A stretch of 64,000 nucleotides of DNA, taken from positions 526 to 64,525 of the forward strand of contig NZ_VENF01000010.1 in assembly GCF_009711715.1 (NCBI RefSeq), read 5' to 3'. Both the position numbers and the translations under genes were made by a program. Shown piece by piece: positions 38,669-46,637 of this stretch. Origin of the DNA: Methylophaga sp. (GTDB lineage: Bacteria > Pseudomonadota > Gammaproteobacteria > Nitrosococcales > Methylophagaceae). The notes below the pieces were generated by a model. It was not told where the DNA came from, made no database searches, and saw only the letters and a program-made list of their open reading frames with translations. The stretch's first letter is position 1, and each line of letters begins with the position of its first letter.

Positions 38669-40756
38669 TCAGTATGTCTTGGCCATTTTTTCAAGTAAAG
38701 CCAGTTGTGCTGCGATGGCAGGTTCTGACTCCGTTTTTTCAACCCGCTGGTAGCGGCCATCGGCATTGAGGATCCAGGCCTGGCTGTTATCTGCCAGATA
38801 GGTTTCCAAATCGTCGAGAATACGTTCACGCAGCTTCTTCGACTCGATCGGGAAGCAGGTTTCAACCCGGCGCAGCAGGTTGCGTTTCATCAAATCAGCA
38901 CTGCCCGCCCAGAGTTCGGGGCTGCCGCCATTTTCGAAATAAAATACACGGGTGTGTTCCAGAAAACGGCCGATGATACTGCGGACATGAATATTTTCGG
39001 ACAGGCCTTTGATGCCAGGACGCAGGCAGCAAATCCCGCGCACGATAAGATCCACTTTGACGCCTGCCATAGATGCCCGGTACAGCGCCTGGATCATTTC
39101 CTGCTCTACAACGGCATTCACCTTGATGATAATGCGGGCTGGTTTGCCGGATTCGGCATGGTTGATTTCACGCTCGATTTTTTTCAGCAGGCCGTCATGC
39201 AGGGTAAACGGCGCATGCAGCAATTTATGCATCTGCGGGATTTTACCCAGGCTGGTGAGTTGAATAAACAGATTATTTACGTCTTCCCCGATCTGTTTAT
39301 CCGAGGTCATTAAACCGTAATCGGTATAGACTCGCGCGGTGCCTCGATGATAGTTACCGGTACCGAGATGAACATAACGCCGCAATTTGCTGTTTTCCCG
39401 GCGCAGTATCAACAGCATTTTGGCGTGGGTTTTATAGCCGACAATACCGTAAACCACATGAGCACCGGCTTCCTGCAGGCGTGCCGCCAAAGCGACATTG
39501 GCTTCTTCATCAAAGCGGGCTCGCAGTTCGATAACCACCGTGACCTCCTTGCCGGTTTGTGCTGCGGTTACCAGCGCATCGACGATAGGCGACTTGGCGC
39601 CGGTGCGGTACAGCGTTTGTTTGATGGCTAAGACACTGCTGTCAGCGGCGGCCTGACGCAATAAATCAATGACCGGTGTGAAGGACTGGTAAGGGTGATG
39701 CAGCAACATATCCTGCTTACGCAGTATCGTAAAGATATCGACATCCGGCGTCAGTCCTTCCGGCCGGCCCTGGGTGAATGGTTTAAACTTGAGATCAGGC
39801 CGATCAACCAGCGAGCACACGGCCTGAATACGGCTCAGGTTTACCGGACCGTTAACCAGATAAACGTTATCCCGCTCCATTGCGCATTCATTACGCAGAA
39901 ACTCGACCATATCCTCCGGACAGTTGTGGGCAATTTCCAGTCGCACCTCATCGCCGTAGTTACGTTGTGTCAGTTCATCGGCAATGGTCGCCAGCAAGTC
40001 GCTGGTCTCTTCGGTATCAATCGCAAGATCACTATTCCGGGTCACACGAAACTGGTAACAGCCTTTGACCTTCATGCCGAAAAACAGATCTTCGGCAAAA
40101 GCATGAATAATTGAGGACAGGAACACGAATTTGTATTCGCCGGGCTGGCACAGCTCCTGCGGGAATTGAATCACACGGGGCAGGGCCCGGGGCGCCTGCA
40201 GAATCGCATAACCGCGATCGCGGCCGAACGCATCTTTACCGACCAGCGAAACGATAAAGTTCAAACTCTTGTTAAGCAGGCGGGGGAAGGGATGAGCGGA
40301 ATCGAGCCCCATTGGGCTTAAAATCGGCAGTATTTCTTCCTGGAAATAATGCTGCAACCATTTGGTGTGTTCGTCATTCCATTGTGAGCGGGGCAGAACG
40401 CGAATGGACTCTGCCTCGAGTTCCGGCAGTAACACTTCGTTCAGTATCCGGTATTGCTCTTCGACCAGTTCATGGGCACGCTGGCTGATTAGCTTCAGAC
40501 ACTCCTGCGCGGTCACTTGGTCGGCTTCGATATAGGGATCGCCGATTTCAATCTGCTGAATCAACCCGGCTACGCGCACTTCAAAAAATTCATCCAGATT
40601 GGTGCTGGAGATACACAGATAATTGAGTCGTTCCAGCAAGGGCAGACTGCTGTCGAGCGCCTGTTGCAGGACACGCCAGTTAAACTCCAGCAAACTGAGT
40701 TCGCGATTGATATAAAGCTCAGGGTTGTTGAGATCGATGGGCTGTTCTTGTTTCAT
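38669..40756 (-). CDS. ppk1: Polyphosphate kinase 1
   Basis: NRELSLLEFN, NLDEFFEVRVAG, LHHPYQSF, ELRARFDEEAN, KTHAK, HLGTGNY, GRFLEH, SADLMKRNL. Confidence 0.98.
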   Translation of the reverse strand: MKQEQPIDLNNPELYINRELSLLEFNWRVLQQALDSSLPLLERLNYLCISSTNLDEFFEVRVAGLIQQIEIGDPYIEADQVTAQECLKLISQRAHELVEEQYRILNEVLLPELEAESIRVLPRSQWNDEHTKWLQHYFQEEILPILSPMGLDSAHPFPRLLNKSLNFIVSLVGKDAFGRDRGYAILQAPRALPRVIQFPQELCQPGEYKFVFLSSIIHAFAEDLFFGMKVKGCYQFRVTRNSDLAIDTEETSDLLATIADELTQRNYGDEVRLEIAHNCPEDMVEFLRNECAMERDNVYLVNGPVNLSRIQAVCSLVDRPDLKFKPFTQGRPEGLTPDVDIFTILRKQDMLLHHPYQSFTPVIDLLRQAAADSSVLAIKQTLYRTGAKSPIVDALVTAAQTGKEVTVVIELRARFDEEANVALAARLQEAGAHVVYGIVGYKTHAKMLLILRRENSKLRRYVHLGTGNYHRGTARVYTDYGLMTSDKQIGEDVNNLFIQLTSLGKIPQMHKLLHAPFTLHDGLLKKIEREINHAESGKPARIIIKVNAVVEQEMIQALYRASMAGVKVDLIVRGICCLRPGIKGLSENIHVRSIIGRFLEHTRVFYFENGGSPELWAGSADLMKRNLLRRVETCFPIESKKLRERILDDLETYLADNSQAWILNADGRYQRVEKTESEPAIAAQLALLEKMAKTY

Positions 40757-40834
40757 ATTTCCTTCTGGCGCATTTTGGGCGCAATGATCCTTAGTAACTT
40801 AATAGGTATTTATGACAGCAATATGACGCCAGGG

Positions 40835-41314
40835 TTACCAGCGGTATTTGTCATACATTTCCGGGTTAGCCCAGTAACGGCTGTTGAGCCAGTCACGCTT
40901 GGGCTGATAGTTTTCAATCGCGTAAGTAAACACCTGCAATCCATCCTCAGTGCCGGCCAGATGCCGGAAACCCATGGCCAGATAGTCAGTCAGACGCCAG
41001 CCTTTATCATCGGCAATAGCGGGATGGCTTATCAGAATGACATGGGGCGCGAGACGATTTTTAATCATGCCCAGCCACTGCTGAGCCGCCGCTTTATCCA
41101 TCGATTCGGTCAGGTGACTGATAACAGCAAGGTCGACAGGCCGCGTGTCACGCAACTGATCCTGGCTGAATGGTGTCTTCAGATGCTGCAATTTAGTATC
41201 ATTACCTATTTGAAGACACATTGCCGCCGTGTCACCGGCAGTCAGAATCGATCTGGGGTTGAACTGACTGACAAAGGGCGCGAGCAGGCTGGATAGGGCA
41301 ACTGAATTGGTCAT
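40835..41314 (-). CDS. DUF6231-like hypothetical protein
   Basis: C-terminal FTYAIENYQPKRDWLNSRYWANPEMYDKYRW, typical of this family. Confidence 0.8.
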   Translation of the reverse strand: MTNSVALSSLLAPFVSQFNPRSILTAGDTAAMCLQIGNDTKLQHLKTPFSQDQLRDTRPVDLAVISHLTESMDKAAAQQWLGMIKNRLAPHVILISHPAIADDKGWRLTDYLAMGFRHLAGTEDGLQVFTYAIENYQPKRDWLNSRYWANPEMYDKYRW

Positions 41315-41783
41315 GACGGATCAGGATAAAACATCTGTTGAGTTCTGGAAACATAAACGCTTGAGCCAGATGACTCACGAGGAGTGGGAAAGTTTGTGCG
41401 ATGGCTGTGCACGCTGCTGTCTGCATAAGCTGGAAGATGAAGACGATGGCCGCATGTATTACACGCGAGCCGCCTGTTCACTGCTGGATATTCATGGTTG
41501 CCGCTGCAAAGACTACGACAATCGGCAGTCCATTATTCCCGATTGCATCCAGCTCAGCATAAAAAATGCGCATTATTTTGACTGGCTGCCTTCCACCTGT
41601 GCTTATCGATTACTGGCTGAAGGTGAGCCCCTGCCGGACTGGCATCCGCTGATTACCGGTGATCCGGACAGTGTTCACAAAGCCGGTATTTCGGTGCGCG
41701 AGTTTGCACAGCCTGAATCTGAAGTAGAAGAATTGAATGAAGCCGTTATTCAACTCAGTCATGAACCTGATCCTGATGCATGA
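41313..41783 (+). CDS. ycgN: YcgN (UPF0260) cysteine-cluster protein
   Basis: FWKHK.L..M..EEWESLCDGCARCC, C..Y..R...PDC, WLPSTCAYR, WHPL. Confidence 0.93.
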   Translation: MTDQDKTSVEFWKHKRLSQMTHEEWESLCDGCARCCLHKLEDEDDGRMYYTRAACSLLDIHGCRCKDYDNRQSIIPDCIQLSIKNAHYFDWLPSTCAYRLLAEGEPLPDWHPLITGDPDSVHKAGISVREFAQPESEVEELNEAVIQLSHEPDPDA

Positions 41784-42208
41784 CGCCTGAAGAAAGCCGC
41801 GAGTTTACCGCACGACTTGAGCAGGCTGCCATTCTGCTGCTGGAGTTGGAGATTTACCGTAAACCCGATGATCTGGCGCGTCGTTTCGGTCTACCCGTAC
41901 CGGTGGTACGTTACTGGTGGCGTCACACCGATCAGGAAACCCATCCGGTCGATCAAACACAGCTTTCACCGCGTGAAGTAAAAACGATCCGCAAGGCTAC
42001 CCAGACGCTGGAAGGCTGGGAAAAAATCAAACGTTATCGCCCGCCATGCGGTGCTAAATTACCCGGTGGCAAGCGCTGTAAACGCTCGGTAGCTATTCGC
42101 CCGCCGGAGGCCTGGGGACTGGGCGCGCTGGCAAGTCGCTGCCGTCTACATGGCGGCCTGTCAAAACGGGCAATAAAAAAATTAAACAAGGATGAGGACG
42201 AGATGTAG
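41780..42208 (+). CDS. Hypothetical protein with HTH-like N-part and HGGxSTG-like Zn-binding C-part
   Basis: LARRFGLPVPVVRYWW; CGAK...RC...RCRLHGGLS; ATGA overlap with ycgN. Confidence 0.7.
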   Translation: MTPEESREFTARLEQAAILLLELEIYRKPDDLARRFGLPVPVVRYWWRHTDQETHPVDQTQLSPREVKTIRKATQTLEGWEKIKRYRPPCGAKLPGGKRCKRSVAIRPPEAWGLGALASRCRLHGGLSKRAIKKLNKDEDEM

Positions 42209-42739
42209 TCTGGTAGACAAACAGTCTTCCAGCATCGGGTCGAATACCGACGTTCTCAAACGGCTTGCCAGCCGTTTCCACGAGGCAGAAACCGGCACCT
42301 TCTTTACCACTACCGCCGATAATAAAGCCTGTCATGTTCTGCTCGACAAAGATCGCATTACCGCTTTGTGTTAGTTAAAGAATGCGAGGTGAAGCCGTGA
42401 TTTCAGAGTTTCCCCTTATCAAATACCGAATGGTTTTCGTTTCAGCACGATGTCAATATGCCACTGTCTGCGCGGCCATTTGTTGAAAACAGTATAAATG
42501 TGCTTGTCCCGCTTGGAAGACATCATCTTGAACAGCAATCAGTCTCAGGCAAACGCATGTGACGGGCATCGCAGTCGAAACTGTAAACACGGTTCCACCG
42601 CTGAAAAAGGCCAGCGATGCTGGGCCAGCCAAAATAACGTTCCATAGGTATCGTGACCGGCCACCTGAGGACTGACAAAGATCGAACCACAGGCTTAAAA
42701 TCGGTATCATAGCGGTCACTTTCCAGCGATAGATTTGTT

Positions 42740-44038
42740 ATGGCTCATTCAAGCAATGTATTCAACCAGGGGCTGTGCGCCTTTCTGGACCAGTCCCCAA
42801 CGCCTTATCATGCGGTAGCGACGATGAAGTCGCTGCTGGAAGCACAGGGATTCAAGTCCCTGTCTGAGCGTGACAGCTGGGGCCAGCTGACGGCCGGTCG
42901 TTATTATGTCACCCGCAATGACGCGTCGATTATTGCTTTTACGCTGACCGGTACCGAACTGACTGAAACCGGTATAAACATGGTTGGCGCGCATACTGAC
43001 AGTCCTTGCCTCAAAGTCAAACCCAAGCCCGAGAAAGTCCAGCAGACCTTACTGCAACTGGGGGTGGAAGTTTACGGTGGGGCCTTGCTTAACCCCTGGT
43101 TTGACCGCGACTTGTCGATGGCGGGGAAGGTCAGTGTTGAAACTGAAGAAGGTCGCATCGAGCAGGCACTGATCAATTTTGAATGCCCGGTTGCTGTGAT
43201 CCCGAGCCTCGCGATTCATCTGGACCGCGAAGCCAATCAGAGCCGCAGCGTCAACCCGCAGCAGCATTTGCCACCGGTCCTGTGTCAACTGGAAGAGGGT
43301 GACACACTCGACTTCCGCGCCTTGCTGGAAAAACAATGTCAGCAACAATATCCGGATCGGCATATCGGTAAGGTACTGGACTATGAAATCTGTCTGTATG
43401 ACACACAGAAAGCGTCAGTCACAGGCCTGTATGGCGACTTTATCAGCAGCGCCCGACTGGATAACCTGCTGAGCTGCTATGTAGGACTGCAGTCTTTGCT
43501 GGCTGCCGGTGACAGCCGTCCGGCTCTACTGGTCTGTAATGATCACGAAGAAGTCGGCAGTCAGTCCAGCAGTGGTGCACAGGGCAACTTTCTGCAATCG
43601 GTTTTGCAGCGGTTGAGCGAGACGCCGGAAAATTATCAAAGGATGATTGACCGTTCGATGATGATTTCCGCCGATAATGCCCATGCCATTCATCCAAACT
43701 ATCCGGACAAGCACGATGCCGAACATGGCCCGATTCTGAACCGGGGACCGGTGATTAAAACCAATGCCAATCAACGCTATGCCACCAGCAGCGAGACCAG
43801 TGCGATATTTCGCCAGCTTTGCAACCAGCACGATGTGCCGGTACAGGACTTTGTAGTCCGCACGGACATGGCCTGTGGCAGTACGATTGGTCCGATTACC
43901 GCATCCAATATCGGCATTCGCACCCTCGATATCGGTGTGCCGACCTACGCCATGCATTCGATTCGGGAGATGGCTGGCAGTCGTGATGCCGAGTGGCTAC
44001 ACAGCGCTTTAACCGCTTTTTACAAAATCACTGTTTAA
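42740..44038 (+). CDS. M18 family (aspartyl) aminopeptidase
   Basis: [48 protein letters not shown]. Confidence 0.96.
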   Translation: MAHSSNVFNQGLCAFLDQSPTPYHAVATMKSLLEAQGFKSLSERDSWGQLTAGRYYVTRNDASIIAFTLTGTELTETGINMVGAHTDSPCLKVKPKPEKVQQTLLQLGVEVYGGALLNPWFDRDLSMAGKVSVETEEGRIEQALINFECPVAVIPSLAIHLDREANQSRSVNPQQHLPPVLCQLEEGDTLDFRALLEKQCQQQYPDRHIGKVLDYEICLYDTQKASVTGLYGDFISSARLDNLLSCYVGLQSLLAAGDSRPALLVCNDHEEVGSQSSSGAQGNFLQSVLQRLSETPENYQRMIDRSMMISADNAHAIHPNYPDKHDAEHGPILNRGPVIKTNANQRYATSSETSAIFRQLCNQHDVPVQDFVVRTDMACGSTIGPITASNIGIRTLDIGVPTYAMHSIREMAGSRDAEWLHSALTAFYKITV

Positions 44039-44059
44039 TCAAAAAGGAAACCTTTATTT

Positions 44060-44344
44060 ATGGCTGAAAATGTAGATGAACTGACCGTTGAATATTTCGA
44101 AGGCGAGACCATGACAGTCAAAGAACTGGACAAGGTCGTTCTGACTAAAGGCGCCTGGGCGACAGTCATGTTTCGCTATCAGGACCTGGACCGCAAAACC
44201 GGCGATTTCGGTCCGGATAAATACACCATCCGGCGCTATCAGAAGCGTAACGGTGAATACAGCCAGCGTTCCAAGTTCAATATTTCCAGTCGCGATCAGG
44301 CATCGCAAATTGTTGATGCACTCACCAAATGGATCAATGAATAA
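44060..44344 (+). CDS. Conserved small hypothetical protein (possible PC4-like fold)
   Basis: 94 aa; beta-rich, then a C-terminal helix (KFNISSRDQASQIVDAL); AAGGA RBS. Confidence 0.75.
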   Translation: MAENVDELTVEYFEGETMTVKELDKVVLTKGAWATVMFRYQDLDRKTGDFGPDKYTIRRYQKRNGEYSQRSKFNISSRDQASQIVDALTKWINE

Positions 44345-45059
44345 GAGTCTGATTACCAACCTGCTCGCCGCTGTTGTCGTGACCGGCGGCTTGCTGGCAC
44401 CAGCCCCTTATCGCGAGCCCATACTCAATACCGGCCTGTTTGCCCTGGCCGGCGGTGTGACCAACTGGCTCGCCATTCATATGCTGTTTGAAAAAGTGCC
44501 GGGGCTGTATGGTTCCGGCATTATTTCAGCCCGCTTTGAAGATTTTAAGGCCGGTATTCATGATCTGGTGATGTCGCAGTTTTTCAGCAAGGATAACGTT
44601 GATCGCTTTATGGCCGAGCTGATTAAGGATAATGCCCAGCACCGGCTGGACTTCAGCGATGTGATTGAACAGACCGACCTGGCCCCGGCTTATGACAGCC
44701 TGGTCGACACCATTCTGGAATCCTCTTATGGCAGCATGTTGTCGATGTTCGGCGGCAAGAAATCGCTGGCAACGCTGAAACAGCCGTTTATCGACAAAAT
44801 GCGGGTGGCACTGGATAACATGGCGCACAGTGATTCATTCCAGGCCAGTGTGAAAGCCAAGCTCAGCAGTAATCCTGTGTTTGATGATATTCACGGTCAG
44901 ATCGAATTGATCGTTCAGTCGCGGCTCAATGAGCTGACACCGCCGATGGTCAAAGATATTATTCAGCGCATGATTCGTGAACACCTGGGCTGGCTGGTTG
45001 TCTGGGGCGGCGTGTTTGGCGGCCTGATCGGGCTGGCAACCAGCTTCCTGCCGCTGTAA
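44337..45059 (+). CDS. DUF445 family membrane protein
   Basis: GLFALAGGVTNWLAIHMLFE; C-terminal HLGWLVVWGGVFGGLIG; start ATG 44337. Confidence 0.9.
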   Translation: MNKSLITNLLAAVVVTGGLLAPAPYREPILNTGLFALAGGVTNWLAIHMLFEKVPGLYGSGIISARFEDFKAGIHDLVMSQFFSKDNVDRFMAELIKDNAQHRLDFSDVIEQTDLAPAYDSLVDTILESSYGSMLSMFGGKKSLATLKQPFIDKMRVALDNMAHSDSFQASVKAKLSSNPVFDDIHGQIELIVQSRLNELTPPMVKDIIQRMIREHLGWLVVWGGVFGGLIGLATSFLPL

Positions 45060-45691
45060 TGAACCCGGCTTGCCCCCTGTGTCGGGCAGAGACACGGCTG
45101 TTTTATGACTTTAAACAACGCTTTTACTACCAATGCACTGGCTGTCAGGCGATTATGAAGGATCCGGCCAGCTGGCCGGGCAGGGAGGAGGAAAAGCGTC
45201 GTTATCTTGAGCATCTGAATGAGGCTGGGGATTTACGTTTTCAGCGCTTTGTATCACCCATCACTGAAAGCGTTAGACAGCATTTCACGCCACAACATCA
45301 GGGCCTGGATTTCGGTGCCGGGCACGCCCCTGTTATTACACATGTCCTGGCCGGGCAAGGCTATGATATCGCAGCTTATGATCCGCTGTTTTTCGATAGA
45401 CCGGCCTTATTAGAAAAGCAATATGACTATATCTGCAGCTGTGAGGTCATTGAACATTTCCACCGGCCGGCGGCGAGTTTTGCTTTACTGAGTCAGTTGC
45501 TTAAACCGTCCGGTATGCTGCTATGCATGACCGAGCTTTATCACGAGACTATCGATTTTCATCGCTGGAATTACAAAAACGACCCGACACACGTATTCAT
45601 TTACCACATTAAGACAATCAGATATGTAGCTGATAAATATGGTTTTTCAAGTTTTTATATTGATGGACGGTTAGTGGTTTTCAGGCGCTGA
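45059..45691 (+). CDS. Class I SAM-dependent methyltransferase with N-terminal Zn ribbon
   Basis: CPLC...C.GC, LDFGAG, YDP.F, CEVIEHF, W.YK.DPTH. Confidence 0.9.
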   Translation: MNPACPLCRAETRLFYDFKQRFYYQCTGCQAIMKDPASWPGREEEKRRYLEHLNEAGDLRFQRFVSPITESVRQHFTPQHQGLDFGAGHAPVITHVLAGQGYDIAAYDPLFFDRPALLEKQYDYICSCEVIEHFHRPAASFALLSQLLKPSGMLLCMTELYHETIDFHRWNYKNDPTHVFIYHIKTIRYVADKYGFSSFYIDGRLVVFRR

Positions 45692-46259
45692 ACTGTTGTT
45701 TGATAGCGTCTTTTTCCGAGGCCGGCAGGGACAGGGTCAAGCTCACTTTATCAGTAAATTGCTGGTCGATAATTTCACCGTGAATCTGTTTTAATTGATA
45801 TTCGAGCATCTGTAATTGCGGATAGTCGATATCCAGTTTCAGTGTCGCCATTTCCACCCAGGGAACAATGGTTGCCGCGGCAATTGCCTCTTTGGCTGCT
45901 GTAGCATAAGCTCGTGTCAGCCCGCCGGTGCCCAGCTTGATACCACCGAAATAACGCACCACCCCGACCACCACGTTGATTAAATTTTCACCCTCCAGCG
46001 GCGCAAGAATCGGCCTTCCCGCGGTGCCAGATGGCTCACCGGCATCATGAAAGCGTTCGGTCAGAAAGCCTTCTGGCTGGCGAATCCGCCAGGCAAAGGC
46101 AAGATGATTGGCATTGGGGTGCTGGCGTGCCAGCTGACCCAGCTTTCTCAGCGCTTCATCTTCAGATTGGCAAGGCAAAATCACCCCGATAAAGCGTGAT
46201 TTTTTGATTTCATACTCGGCTTCCGCAGCGCGGTGAATCGTGTTGAACTTGGATGCCAT
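45681..46259 (-). CDS. yigZ: YigZ/IMPACT family protein
   Basis: IKKSRFIG, HDAGEPSGTAG.P, VVRYFGGIKLGTGGL.RAY. Confidence 0.95.
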   Translation of the reverse strand: MASKFNTIHRAAEAEYEIKKSRFIGVILPCQSEDEALRKLGQLARQHPNANHLAFAWRIRQPEGFLTERFHDAGEPSGTAGRPILAPLEGENLINVVVGVVRYFGGIKLGTGGLTRAYATAAKEAIAAATIVPWVEMATLKLDIDYPQLQMLEYQLKQIHGEIIDQQFTDKVSLTLSLPASEKDAIKQQFSA

Positions 46260-46342
46260 GGCCTGTAGCTATAGGAAAAAAACAGTCAACAATTTAACAT
46301 ATCGCTCCACACCACGCGTTTTAACGCATGCAGGAGACGATT

Positions 46343-46621
46343 ATGAAAGCCATCCAAGTGGAACATCAGCCTGATCAGTCACGCCTCACGGAACTCGGGG
46401 TTTACGCCTGGCCCATCTGGGAAAAAGCAGCATCAGAATTTCCCTGGCATTATGATGAAAAAGAAACCGCCTACATCCTGGAGGGCGAGGTGATCGTGAC
46501 CGCAGACGACGGCAGTGAATCGGTGGAAATCAAAGCCGGTGATCTCGTCATCTTTGCTGCCGGTCTGAGCTGCCGCTGGCAGATCAAGCAGGACCTGCGT
46601 AAACATTATCAATTCGGCTAA
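46343..46621 (+). CDS. Cupin_3 (DUF861) protein
   Basis: WPIWEK..SEFPWHYDEKE.AYILEGEV, GDLV.F.AG..C.W, RKHY; GGAG RBS before ATG 46343. Confidence 0.9.
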   Translation: MKAIQVEHQPDQSRLTELGVYAWPIWEKAASEFPWHYDEKETAYILEGEVIVTADDGSESVEIKAGDLVIFAAGLSCRWQIKQDLRKHYQFG

Positions 46622-46637
46622 AAGCCCGGGAAAAACA

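Noticed and set aside
42192-42719. Short ORFs between the HGGxSTG-like gene and the M18 peptidase (e.g. 42192-42374, 42453-42719)
   Set aside because: No RBS and no confident family. 42192-42374 overlaps the upstream stop and contains a terminator-like hairpin (42258-42277); at most a gene remnant.
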